64,000 nucleotides of DNA from an uncultured Alphaproteobacteria bacterium (GTDB lineage Bacteria > Pseudomonadota > Alphaproteobacteria > RF32 > CAG-239). The translations under genes were made by a program, and so were the position numbers. The notes under the pieces were generated by a model. It was given only the letters and a program-made list of their open reading frames with translations, had not been told where the DNA came from and searched no databases. How positions within the stretch are numbered: position 1 is the stretch's first letter; each line of letters opens with the position of its first letter. The stretch lies in contig CALXVZ010000001.1 of assembly GCA_944392235.1 (NCBI GenBank), forward strand, positions 19,059 through 83,058, read 5' to 3'. Positions 37,543-47,292 of the stretch are shown piece by piece.

Positions 37543-38307
37543 TTAAGCGTTTTCTACATTTTCCAATGTTTCATTTGCAGAAACAGCTTCTTCAACTTTT
37601 AAGCCTTGAGCTGCTACTTCTGCTTGCATACCATCCAAAATAGCTGATGATACTAATTCGCAGTACAATTGAATTGCTCTGATTGCATCATCATTTCCAG
37701 GAACTGGATAATCTACATCATTTGGATTTGCATTAGTATCTGTGATACCAATTACAGGTATACCTAATTTTTTAGCTTCTTTAATAGCCAATGTTTCTTT
37801 TGGAGTATCAATCACGAACAATAAATCCGGTTGACCACCCATGTTTTTGATACCATCTAATGAAAGAGCAAGCTTTTCTTGTTCTTTTCTGATGTTTTGC
37901 ATTTCTTTTTTGGTATAACCTTCGTATGCGTTCTTTTCTTCCATTTCGTTCAATTTAACGAGACGATTGATGGATTTGTTAACTGTTTTCCAGTTGGTCA
38001 ACATACCACCTAACCAGCGGTAGTTAACATAGTATTGTCCACATCTTTCTGCACTTTCTTTAACGATATCTTGTGCTTGGCGTTTTGTTGCTACGAACAA
38101 TACTTTTCCGCCTTTAGCTGCGACATCACGCGCTGCTGTCAATGCTGTGTAAAGCATAGGATATGTTTTTTGAAGATCTATGATGTGAACATTATCTTTC
38201 TTACCATAAATGTATGGTGCCATTTGTGGATTCCAACGACGTGCGTGGTGTCCAAAGTGTACGCCTGCTTCAACGAGCTGACGCAATGTAAAAGTAGGAA
38301 GTGTCAT
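37543..38307 (-). CDS. rpsB: 30S ribosomal protein S2
   Basis: LVEAGVHFGHHARRWNPQMAPYIYG, WLGGMLTNW. Confidence 0.96.
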   Translation of the reverse strand: MTLPTFTLRQLVEAGVHFGHHARRWNPQMAPYIYGKKDNVHIIDLQKTYPMLYTALTAARDVAAKGGKVLFVATKRQAQDIVKESAERCGQYYVNYRWLGGMLTNWKTVNKSINRLVKLNEMEEKNAYEGYTKKEMQNIRKEQEKLALSLDGIKNMGGQPDLLFVIDTPKETLAIKEAKKLGIPVIGITDTNANPNDVDYPVPGNDDAIRAIQLYCELVSSAILDGMQAEVAAQGLKVEEAVSANETLENVENA

Positions 38308-38387
38308 ATTTTATTTTCCTTATTTTCCGGTTAAACCTCCGCAGAATTTCGGTTCGAAATATTTCAAACACCGGAGCGTGCAACTAA

Positions 38388-38427
38388 ATGTTATAATAAA
38401 CATCTTCATGTTATAATAAACATCTTC
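38388..38427. repeat. Perfect 20-bp tandem direct repeat (2 copies)
   Basis: atgttataataaacatcttc occurs twice back-to-back (38388-38407 and 38408-38427). Each unit contains TATAAT and a short inverted repeat atgtt...aacat. Confidence 0.9.
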
Positions 38428-38650
38428 GTCGACGCTTTATCTGCGTGTGAATTATAAAAAAGACAGCACTATTGCTGCTTTCGTCGTTTTTATAATCCTT
38501 TTTTATTTATTTTGCAACATTTTTTTAATGTTTTACCCTTTTTATATAGTTTTTCATAAGCTTTTCTCCTCTCCATATTATGTTTTCTCTCGATTTATAT
38601 GACTTTTTTGTTAAATAATCTTAATTTATCCTTGTTTTTATATCATCTTT

Positions 38651-38679
38651 TTGATATGTTTCGATGAAATAATTATAAG
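38651..38679 (+). promoter_or_regulatory. Candidate sigma-70 promoter for parE
   Basis: TTGATA (38651-38656), 17-nt spacer, TATAAG (38674-38679). SD gagga lies before the ATG at 38704. Confidence 0.3.
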
Positions 38680-38703
38680 AATCGTTGTAAATTTGAGGAT
38701 AAT

Positions 38704-40692
38704 ATGAGTGATTTGTTTGAAAGTTCCGCTGCCGTTGCTAAAGATGATTATTCTGCTCGCGATATTGAAGTTTTAGAAGGACTTGATCCGGTTAGACATC
38801 GTCCCGGTATGTATATCGGCGGAACCGATGAACAGGCTTTGCATCACTTGGTTGCTGAAATTCTTGATAACTCTATGGATGAAGCTGTTGCCGGTTATGC
38901 ATCCCGCATCGAGATTTCTCTTAATGCAGATTATTCCGTTACTATCACTGATAATGGACGCGGTATTCCTGTTGATAATCACCCTAAATATCCTGGTAAA
39001 TCTGCTCTCGAAGTTATTCTCACCACCCTCCACTCCGGTGGTAAATTCGGCGGTAATGCCTATAAAGTTTCCGGAGGTCTGCATGGTGTTGGTTCCTCCG
39101 TTGTTAACGCTTTATCCGTTAAACTTGTTGTTGAAGTGGCTAGGGATAAGAAATTATATCGTCAGGAATATTCTTGCGGAAAACCGGTTACTCCTTTACT
39201 CTTAGTCGGTAATGCGCCTAATCGTCGCGGAACAAGTATCACTTTCTTGCCAGATGCGGAAATTTTTGGTTCCGATAATAAATTTGTTCCGGCTAAAATC
39301 TATCGCATGGCTCGCTCTAAAGCCTTTCTCTTTAAAGGAATTAAAATCTTTTGGAAATGCGCGCCCGAACTCTTAAATGATGCGGATGGTATTCCTCAAG
39401 AAACCGAATTTAATTTCCCTAACGGCTTACTCGATTTTCTTAATTATCAAATCGGAACTCGCACTACTATCAATCGTTCAGCTTTTTTCGGTGAAGCTGA
39501 TTTGGCTGGTGATGAGGGTAAAGTTGAATGGGCTATTACTTGGCCGGAAGATGAAAAAGGGTTTTGCAACTCATACTGCAATACCGTTATTACTCCTCAG
39601 GGCGGCACTCATGAACAAGGTTTCAGAACTGCTCTTCTTAAAGGGCTTAAGGAATATGCCGATATGGCTAATATAAAAAAAGCTGCGGGCATCACTGCTG
39701 AAGATTTTTTGAGCGATGCTGCTATTATGCTTTCTGTCTTTATTCGTGATCCTCAATTCCAAGGTCAAACAAAAGATAAGCTCACATCCTCAAAAGCCGC
39801 TTCTTTAGTTGAAAAAGCTGTTAAAGATTCATTCGATCACTGGCTATCTTCCGATAAAGAAAACGCTAGCGCCTTGATTGAATATGTTATTGATCGTGCT
39901 GAACTGCGTAAAAAGAGAAAAGAAGAAAAAGTTCAAAATCGTAAATCTCCTACTAAAAAATTACGTCTTCCGGGTAAACTTGCTGATTGCTCTAAATCTG
40001 CTGCCGAAGATACTGAAATATTTATTGTCGAAGGAGATTCCGCTGGCGGTTCCGCTAAACAAGGACGTGATCGGATGACACAAGCTATTTTACCTTTGCG
40101 AGGTAAAATTCTTAATGTGGCTAGCGCAAGTCTTGATAAAATTACTCAAAACCAAGAAATTAAAGATATGATTGAGGCTCTCGGTTGTGGCACTAAAGAT
40201 AATTATAAAGAGGAAAATTTACGTTATGAGAAAATTATTATCATGACCGATGCTGATGTCGATGGTGCTCACATTACTTCCCTCCTAATGACATTCTTTT
40301 ATCAATATATGCCCAAACTTATTGAAAATGGTCATCTCTTTATCGCAACACCGCCTCTTTATAAAATTGTTTTCGGAGGCAAAAATTATTACGCTCTTGA
40401 CGATGAGGAAAAAGATAAAATCTTAAGTAAAGCTAAAGCTAATCAGAAACCTGATATAAGTCGCTTTAAAGGTTTGGGTGAAATGAGTGCTTTACAACTT
40501 AAAGAAACCACTATGGATAAAAATAATCGTGTTCTTCTTCGTGTGGTTATCCCTACAGCTAATACCGAGGAAGCTCGTGATGAAGCTTTTGAAACCAGAA
40601 GACAAGTTGAACGACTTATGGGAAAAGATCCTGAACAACGCTTCAAATTTATTATTGAACGAGCTAAATTTGCTGAGGATTTGGATATTTAA
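38704..40692 (+). CDS. parE: DNA topoisomerase IV subunit B
   Basis: GHKL ATPase (LEGLDPVRHRPGMYIGG, EILDNSMDE, DNGRGIP, LHGVGSS) and Toprim (EIFIVEGDSAGGSA, IMTDADVDGAHI). At 662 aa, with no GyrB-type insertion, it favours ParE over GyrB. Confidence 0.85.
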   Translation: MSDLFESSAAVAKDDYSARDIEVLEGLDPVRHRPGMYIGGTDEQALHHLVAEILDNSMDEAVAGYASRIEISLNADYSVTITDNGRGIPVDNHPKYPGKSALEVILTTLHSGGKFGGNAYKVSGGLHGVGSSVVNALSVKLVVEVARDKKLYRQEYSCGKPVTPLLLVGNAPNRRGTSITFLPDAEIFGSDNKFVPAKIYRMARSKAFLFKGIKIFWKCAPELLNDADGIPQETEFNFPNGLLDFLNYQIGTRTTINRSAFFGEADLAGDEGKVEWAITWPEDEKGFCNSYCNTVITPQGGTHEQGFRTALLKGLKEYADMANIKKAAGITAEDFLSDAAIMLSVFIRDPQFQGQTKDKLTSSKAASLVEKAVKDSFDHWLSSDKENASALIEYVIDRAELRKKRKEEKVQNRKSPTKKLRLPGKLADCSKSAAEDTEIFIVEGDSAGGSAKQGRDRMTQAILPLRGKILNVASASLDKITQNQEIKDMIEALGCGTKDNYKEENLRYEKIIIMTDADVDGAHITSLLMTFFYQYMPKLIENGHLFIATPPLYKIVFGGKNYYALDDEEKDKILSKAKANQKPDISRFKGLGEMSALQLKETTMDKNNRVLLRVVIPTANTEEARDEAFETRRQVERLMGKDPEQRFKFIIERAKFAEDLDI

Positions 40693-40710
40693 TATTATAT
40701 CTATACGATA

Positions 40711-40745
40711 AAAGGCAGTTCTTGAAGAACTGCCTTTTATTTTAT
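40711..40745 (+). terminator. Intrinsic terminator after parE
   Basis: aaggcagttc ttgaa gaactgcctt plus a T-rich tail. Confidence 0.75.
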
Positions 40746-41013
40746 TAATACAGCCTACATTCTTCGTAGGGGTATTTATTTAGCGAGGTTTCCCTTGCTT
40801 AATATTTCATTTCAAGAAAGGCTTTCTCTTGCTCTACTTAAGAAAACGTTTCTGTTCTACGATTTGTGCGTATAATCTTTACACATATTCTACATAATAA
40901 ATAAATGAGCAACGTTGCTATCATAAATAAATAATTTTTAAGACATCATAATTGATTTTTCGTCTTCACGATAATCAATTATCTTTCTCTGTCAAGCTTT
41001 TATTCTGGTATTT

Positions 41014-42531
41014 TTATTCGTATGCGTGATAGTAGCGTTGCTTATAATCAAAATCACATTTTATATGACTGTATTCCGGTTTTAATATATACAGCACATC
41101 TGAATTATCAAAACGTTTATAGTATTTATCTAGAAGCTCTTTGCTTGGGGTATGGACATTCTTTATAATTCCTCTTTCCGAAAAATATTTATCTTTATAT
41201 TCTCCTCCATATATAATTTTCGGCTTATACTTTTCTATCACTTCATTAATATCCATCAAAGGATGTATCCCTATCTTATCCCCTATTACATCTAACTGAC
41301 CCAGCAAATTCCAATAGTAATATGGATCTCGATTATATAAATTATATATCGCTCCATCTCCATTTAAAATATAATCACATGGAGTTGATACTCTAACTAC
41401 TTTTTTATTGAGCGGCTCATAAAAGCGACTAACCCTATCTCCAATGTTCCCCTCATATACTGATGGTTTATACATGCAAATGCCTAATGCTATTAGTAAC
41501 ACATATATACTTATATAGTAACGCTTAAAAAGTTTCTCCTCCATAAATGTCGCACTTAATATTGAGGCTAGATATATCAGTAAATAAAAATAATATGCAA
41601 AGGCTGAAAAGTAAAATAAACGTTGTGCAAACTCACATAAAAACAGTATTGTGATAATATTAAAAAATATATTCTTTTGTCTTACTAAAAAAATAATTGC
41701 GCAAAAACTTCCTATGAGTAATAACTTTAATTCAGGCCAAATCATCCCATATCTTCGCTCTTCTGAAAATAACTCAGGAATGTATAGATTAAATGTAAAA
41801 TTTGAATGATACCATATTGCTAATATTCCATTTACCCATAGATAAGCAACGAAACCGACACTTAATACCAATGGCAACATCATTGAATATATCACATTTT
41901 CGACTTTTATGACTTTCTTGTATAGCAAAAATAAAGTTATCAAAGCCAAAATTATTAATGTAAAAATAATTTTTTGCAAAAACATAAACGATAACCAAAA
42001 CAGTAGCATTGCCAGACTTAATTGCCACATCTTTTGTTCTTTTATATGACTGAAATAAAAATATAAGCCAGCAAAAAAGCATGTCATCATAAAATTATCC
42101 GGTCTGAAATGTATTATTGATATGAGCATATATGGCGTAAATGCAATTGCTGCCGCTATTATGCCTCCTTCTTTATTACTTAAAAAACGCGATGTAATTA
42201 AATACAAAAAAGCATAATTTATAAATGCTGTAATTGTTGCCATACTGGTAACAATTGAGGTGATTATATTATCATCTACTCCATGCGCATGTAGTCCTAC
42301 TATAGGTGCAAACACATACCATAACAATGGGTTATGATGTTGGAAAAAATCTTTATAAGGAATGAAATTAGCATATACTAGCCATGAAGAATGAATATGT
42401 TCTAACGTATCTCCACCAAGTGTATTTGTTTTCCATGATAAATATAAGCAATACGCTAATCCGAACAATAAATGTCCTAATAAAAAATATATCGGGAATT
42501 TATGATATAATTTTTTTATTAACAAAACCAC
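41014..42531 (-). CDS. Large polytopic membrane protein, possibly a GT-C fold (ArnT/PMT-like) glycosyltransferase
   Basis: 505 aa with at least 10 predicted TM segments and a soluble, Tyr-rich C-terminal ~130 aa. The family call rests on architecture only. Confidence 0.35.
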   Translation of the reverse strand: MVLLIKKLYHKFPIYFLLGHLLFGLAYCLYLSWKTNTLGGDTLEHIHSSWLVYANFIPYKDFFQHHNPLLWYVFAPIVGLHAHGVDDNIITSIVTSMATITAFINYAFLYLITSRFLSNKEGGIIAAAIAFTPYMLISIIHFRPDNFMMTCFFAGLYFYFSHIKEQKMWQLSLAMLLFWLSFMFLQKIIFTLIILALITLFLLYKKVIKVENVIYSMMLPLVLSVGFVAYLWVNGILAIWYHSNFTFNLYIPELFSEERRYGMIWPELKLLLIGSFCAIIFLVRQKNIFFNIITILFLCEFAQRLFYFSAFAYYFYLLIYLASILSATFMEEKLFKRYYISIYVLLIALGICMYKPSVYEGNIGDRVSRFYEPLNKKVVRVSTPCDYILNGDGAIYNLYNRDPYYYWNLLGQLDVIGDKIGIHPLMDINEVIEKYKPKIIYGGEYKDKYFSERGIIKNVHTPSKELLDKYYKRFDNSDVLYILKPEYSHIKCDFDYKQRYYHAYE

Positions 42532-42539
42532 TGTTCTCC

Positions 42540-43592
42540 TTATGGAATGAAGATTGTTTGTTTAAATACATTTTCCATGAAAAATAATGATATAAAACTT
42601 ATTGCAAACGCAATCACAGGTGTAGCAATCCACCCTGATACAACGCGAACAATTAAACTCCATTTTATTCCTTTTCCGCCTTTAGCCAAACCTATACCTA
42701 CTATTGCTCCTATTACGGCTTGAGTGCTTGATACGGGAACAGCCGGAAGTGGTGGAAGATTTAATGATATTAAGAAATGCTCCAAACTTTCTGATGAAAA
42801 TAATATCAAAACCAATGACTGTGATAAAATTACAATCCAGGCAACTGTTGGTGAAAGCGACAGAACATTTTTCCCCACAGTTTTTATTGCTTTTTGGGAA
42901 TATGTAAATATTCCGACACATGCAGCAATCGCTCCCAGCAAAAATAAAACTTGCATACTGCTTAATGTAAAGAGATTTCCAAACTTCAGTGGTTCTAAAA
43001 CATTTGAATCCACAAATACGCCCACTACATTTGCCATATTATTAGCGCCTAATGCAAATCCTCCTAATGCTGTTGTTAAATACATTCCTACTCTGACGGC
43101 CATGTCCTGCCAGAGAACATGAATCTTACTATGATGTAGAAGTTTTTTTATGCAAATATACAATCCTACAGCTATCGCTCCTGATATTATCGGGCAGAAT
43201 ATCCATGTTGCACAAATATTTGTTAAAGTTTCTGTATCTGTTGGTTTATGATTATATACATTCCAGCCAATAATTCCCCCGACTATCGCTTGGGATATTG
43301 AGACACTAATTCCTGACTTTAACATCATCAAAACGGCTAATGCTGATGATAATGATACAGTAAATGCTGCCGGTAATGTATTTACTTCTCCTAAGGTATT
43401 TAATGTTTCCGCAGTGTTTTGCCCACTAATTACAGATCCCAGTATTAAAAATATACTAGCTATTGTCGCAGCTGTTGCGAAACGTAACATCTTCGTTCCT
43501 ACTGCGGTTCCAAATATATTCGATGCATCATTTGCGCCCAATGACCATCCTAGAAATAAGCCACTTGATAGAAAAAATAAATATTCAAACAT
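42540..43592 (-). CDS. Inorganic phosphate transporter, PiT (PHO4) family
   Basis: GANDASNIFGTAVG near the N-terminus and GANNMANVVG in the second half. 350 aa, polytopic. Confidence 0.85.
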   Translation of the reverse strand: MFEYLFFLSSGLFLGWSLGANDASNIFGTAVGTKMLRFATAATIASIFLILGSVISGQNTAETLNTLGEVNTLPAAFTVSLSSALAVLMMLKSGISVSISQAIVGGIIGWNVYNHKPTDTETLTNICATWIFCPIISGAIAVGLYICIKKLLHHSKIHVLWQDMAVRVGMYLTTALGGFALGANNMANVVGVFVDSNVLEPLKFGNLFTLSSMQVLFLLGAIAACVGIFTYSQKAIKTVGKNVLSLSPTVAWIVILSQSLVLILFSSESLEHFLISLNLPPLPAVPVSSTQAVIGAIVGIGLAKGGKGIKWSLIVRVVSGWIATPVIAFAISFISLFFMENVFKQTIFIP

Positions 43593-43595
43593 AGC

Positions 43596-44255
43596 TTAAA
43601 TTTCCCGCTTTATTGCAAAAATAAGTAATGCATCTATGCAATCTTCAGCTAAATCTCCTATATCAGCGACCTCTTCTATGAAATTGTTTATCTGCATCTT
43701 TCTAGCTAAATCCAGATTAGAATCGAATACTTCGTTTCTCAATTTTGCAGCAGTTTTATCACTTTGATGTTCCAACAAATATACTTTTTTTGAATAATCT
43801 CTTAGTGTCACCAAATCTCTAAAAAAAGCTCGGGATGCTATTGCCATATTTTCTGCACAGTCGGAAACTTGTCCAACTAATTCTTGTAATTTTTCATGAT
43901 ACTCTTCCGGAATCTCCGGACGCTCTATGTAAAATTTATGGGCCACCTCATCAAATAAGTTTATAACTCTATCCAAATTTTCAACCAATTCCAATATATT
44001 TCCCCGTAAATCCGGTATCAAGTTTTGCTCATAGAGTTTGCTCTCTATTTCCCTACGAAGAGTATCAGAATCATGTTCTATTATTTTTATCTTCTTACTT
44101 GTTTGGCGATATTTATCGCTGCGCCCTTCTCTTAAATAGATGTTTACTGCATCCTTAAATACCATTGTCATTTCTATTATTTTATCATGTAGACTATCTA
44201 TATTATGCTCCAAATCTCTGGTGCGTGCAAACAATGATATTTTTACATTAAACAT
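43596..44255 (-). CDS. DUF47 / TIGR00153 PhoU-like protein, the usual PiT partner
   Basis: 219-aa helical protein immediately upstream of, and 3 nt from, the PiT gene. This is the classic ykaA-pit pairing. Confidence 0.7.
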   Translation of the reverse strand: MFNVKISLFARTRDLEHNIDSLHDKIIEMTMVFKDAVNIYLREGRSDKYRQTSKKIKIIEHDSDTLRREIESKLYEQNLIPDLRGNILELVENLDRVINLFDEVAHKFYIERPEIPEEYHEKLQELVGQVSDCAENMAIASRAFFRDLVTLRDYSKKVYLLEHQSDKTAAKLRNEVFDSNLDLARKMQINNFIEEVADIGDLAEDCIDALLIFAIKREI

Positions 44256-44419
44256 TTATTCCCTCTTTCATTTTCGAATCTTATTTATTTTTATCTCCTT
44301 CTTTTCTATTTGATTTTAAATCTATACACTTTGTCAACACATTTTTATTTTTCACTTGAATTTATTTTTTTCTTTCTCTATTTTTTAGGGGTTATATAAC
44401 ATTTTTAAGGATGGGAATT

Positions 44420-45163
44420 ATGCAAAAAGATAATATTATTACCGTTTTGGTTTCTGTTATTGCCAGCGTAGTTGTTTCTGTAGCTCTTTGCTCTGTGACT
44501 TCTGGCTCTAAATCTTCTGCACCTGCTGATGCTAAAGCTATGAATCAAGTTATTGAAGATTATTTGTTAAATAATCCTAGCAAGGTTCGTGAAGCTTTGG
44601 AATTGGCTGCTCAGCAAGAACAAATTGAAGCTCAAAAACGTATTGCTGAACTTTATAAAGCTAATTGGAAAGATTTAAGCTCTTATGAAGGTTCTCCTTA
44701 TGTTGGACCTAAAGATGCTAAAGTTACTATTGTTGAATTCTTTGATTTCAACTGCGGTTACTGCAAACGTTTAGCTCCTGAATTGATGAAAGTTATTAAG
44801 GCTAATAAAGATGTTAAAGTTGTTTTCAAACCTGTAACTTTCTTGGGTTCTATGCCTGCTGCTAAAGCTGCTATGGCTGCTTATAAACAAGGTAAATTTA
44901 TCGAAGTTTATGAAGCTCTCTTAACTCATAACGGTCAAGTTACTTCTTCCGTTATTGATGAAGTTATCAAAAAAGCCGGACTTGATGTTGAAAAAACTAA
45001 AAAGTTAATGGAAAGTGATGAAGTTGCTAAGGCTTTGTCTGACATCTCTTCTCTTTCTCAAAAAGTTCAAATCCGTGGCGTTCCTACTTTGATTATGAAC
45101 GGCGAAGCTCTCCAAGCTATCGATGCTGATGCTATTCAAAGTGCTATTGATAACGCTAAATAG
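44420..45163 (+). CDS. DsbA-family thiol:disulfide oxidoreductase (CGYC)
   Basis: TM/signal anchor, VTIVEFFDFNCGYCKRLAP, ...IRGVPTLIMNGE. Start moved to the second ATG to leave spacing after aagga. Confidence 0.85.
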   Translation: MQKDNIITVLVSVIASVVVSVALCSVTSGSKSSAPADAKAMNQVIEDYLLNNPSKVREALELAAQQEQIEAQKRIAELYKANWKDLSSYEGSPYVGPKDAKVTIVEFFDFNCGYCKRLAPELMKVIKANKDVKVVFKPVTFLGSMPAAKAAMAAYKQGKFIEVYEALLTHNGQVTSSVIDEVIKKAGLDVEKTKKLMESDEVAKALSDISSLSQKVQIRGVPTLIMNGEALQAIDADAIQSAIDNAK

Positions 45164-45183
45164 TTTTCTTTTTAGTCAGTCTG

Positions 45184-45212
45184 AGACCTGCTTATTGGCA
45201 GGTCTTTTTTAT
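45184..45212 (+). terminator. Intrinsic terminator after the first dsbA-like gene
   Basis: agacctgc ttattg gcaggtct plus T6. Confidence 0.75.
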
Positions 45213-45291
45213 TTTCACTATAAAAAAATTATTGCATATATTCTTAAAAACGATACTATTGGTTGGAAATTTATATATTTTGGAGGGTCTT

Positions 45292-46068
45292 ATGAAATTA
45301 TTTCTCAAATATTTAGCTGTGTTTGTTGTTGCTGTATTAGGTGCTGGTAGCGTTATATTCTTAGATGCTCGTTGTCCTCAAAAGAAAGCTCAACAAATCC
45401 AACTTATTAATCAAACTGTCGAAAATTATATTCAAAATAATAAAGAGACTTTGGTTAATGCACTTTTAGAGAGTGATGCTCTTAAAAACTTAAAAACACC
45501 TGATGAAAACGCTCAGAAAGAAGAAACTGTTGCCGAAAATAATCCTAATAAAATTTATATGGATCATTGGGAAAAAATGAAAAATAGTGATATTGCTCCT
45601 TATGCAGGTCCTAAAAATGCTAAAGTTACAGTTGTTGAATTTTTTGATTTTGCATGCGGACACTGCAAAGCTTTGGCGCCGGTTATAGCTCAACTGATTA
45701 AAAATAATCCTGATGTTAAATTTGTTTTTAATCCTTTATTCTTTATGAGCGAACACTCTCCTTATGCGGCAAAAGCATCTTTGGCTGCTTTCCGAAAAGG
45801 TAAATTTGTTGAAGTGTTTGAAGGTATTATGACGCTTCCTGAAATGAACGAAGAAACTATTAATCAAATTCTTGTTGATGAAGAACTTAATGTTGATGAA
45901 ATCAAGAAATTGATGGAAGAAAAAGAAATTCGCCGCGGCATTCAAGATATTGATGCGCTTTCTCAAGTTTTGGGTATCAATGGTGTGCCTATGTTAATTA
46001 TTAACGGCGAACCTTTTTATGGGCGTAGCTTTACTGAACTACAAAACAAAATTGATAGCTATAAATAA
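45292..46068 (+). CDS. DsbA-family thiol:disulfide oxidoreductase (CGHC), paralog
   Basis: VTVVEFFDFACGHCKALAP, ...INGVPMLIINGE. Start at MKLFLKYLAV..., preceded by ggaggg. Confidence 0.85.
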   Translation: MKLFLKYLAVFVVAVLGAGSVIFLDARCPQKKAQQIQLINQTVENYIQNNKETLVNALLESDALKNLKTPDENAQKEETVAENNPNKIYMDHWEKMKNSDIAPYAGPKNAKVTVVEFFDFACGHCKALAPVIAQLIKNNPDVKFVFNPLFFMSEHSPYAAKASLAAFRKGKFVEVFEGIMTLPEMNEETINQILVDEELNVDEIKKLMEEKEIRRGIQDIDALSQVLGINGVPMLIINGEPFYGRSFTELQNKIDSYK

Positions 46069-46096
46069 TTCATTCTATATCGCAAATCTATATAGC

Positions 46097-46136
46097 AAAA
46101 TCCCCTGAGACCTTAAAGCTCAGGGGATTTTTTTTG
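46097..46136. terminator. Bidirectional terminator between convergent genes
   Basis: aaaa - atcccctgag ... ctcaggggat - T8. Confidence 0.8.
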
Positions 46137-46146
46137 TTCGATGTAA

Positions 46147-47193
46147 TTAGGGGGTGAATACCTCTCCGTTTTCTCCAATTATTTCGCCATCATCAAATAG
46201 AATGCCAAAAATTGGTCCGGTATACAGTTCTTCTAATGTTTTATTTTGAGGATTAAAACGGCGAACCGTTCCATATACTCCTTTATATCCTTTTTTATCA
46301 TACACTTCACTAATCAATGTTGTTGATTTTCTACCCAAAGACTGGCCTCGATATAATTCAGTGTATTCAAAGTGTTTACCTAGAAGAATGACCGTATCCT
46401 TTCCTTCATGGAAAATGATAGAAGATACTGATAAAGCATAGCAGCGAGGATTATTTTTTTCATCGCAATAAATTCCCCATACCTGATATTTGTCATCATT
46501 TTTTACTATCAGATATTCATTTGGAATGGGAACTTGGACAATTTTTCCATTATATACACTCTCTATCTCACTCTCTTGCGGGACTAAGATATTTTTACAA
46601 GTGTATCTATCGGCGGAAATTTCCGTATATCCGTCTTCTTGCAAGACGTTTAAAACAATCTTCCCTGTTTCGTGCTGATTTGGTGATATAAATACATACT
46701 CTCCTACGCTTTGACCCAGCTCTTGAATATCATCGCTATTCTTATTAATAAGCACCCATGTGCCTTTTTCATTATTAATAGACGAACAATAGATAAATGC
46801 AGCTTTGCTTTCTGAATAAATGTTCTTCTTATATTGATTTGCAAATACCAGGAACTCTCTTCCTCCTGCTTTTATAAGAATTTCATAATAACTTGGTCTA
46901 TATTTATTTTCTATTTTATAAACATAAACCTTGCCCTTATTTTTTCCCATTTGAACTGAAAAACAGTCATCTGCACACAGTATTACCGATAGTCCTTCTA
47001 ATAAGAACAATATTCCACAAACAAACATCATCCAAACAAAAATTTGGGTATCTTTAATAGATAGTAGTATTGGTATGCTTGCAATACTGAGTATAAAACC
47101 CACTACTAATAAAAAGCCATCTGCACTAAGTACTTTTTCCCATGCGGAGCGTTCACTTATGCGTGACAATCTCCAAGACATCAATCTATCCAT
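46147..47193 (-). CDS. Hypothetical membrane protein (2-3 N-terminal TM helices plus a ~260-aa soluble domain)
   Basis: 348-aa ORF transcribed as an isolated unit. No family was recognised. Confidence 0.5.
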   Translation of the reverse strand: MDRLMSWRLSRISERSAWEKVLSADGFLLVVGFILSIASIPILLSIKDTQIFVWMMFVCGILFLLEGLSVILCADDCFSVQMGKNKGKVYVYKIENKYRPSYYEILIKAGGREFLVFANQYKKNIYSESKAAFIYCSSINNEKGTWVLINKNSDDIQELGQSVGEYVFISPNQHETGKIVLNVLQEDGYTEISADRYTCKNILVPQESEIESVYNGKIVQVPIPNEYLIVKNDDKYQVWGIYCDEKNNPRCYALSVSSIIFHEGKDTVILLGKHFEYTELYRGQSLGRKSTTLISEVYDKKGYKGVYGTVRRFNPQNKTLEELYTGPIFGILFDDGEIIGENGEVFTP

Positions 47194-47292
47194 AACACAT
47201 TATAATTTAAGTGATACAATAATTGTTAACTAGCGAGTATTGTATCTATTTTTGTTTATTTGTCAAATATTTTATATGATGGCATTTTGATG

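Noticed and set aside
42682-43122. ORFs antisense to the PiT transporter gene (42724-43122 plus strand, 132 aa, and others).
   Set aside because: They are shadow ORFs of a confidently identified polytopic transporter gene.
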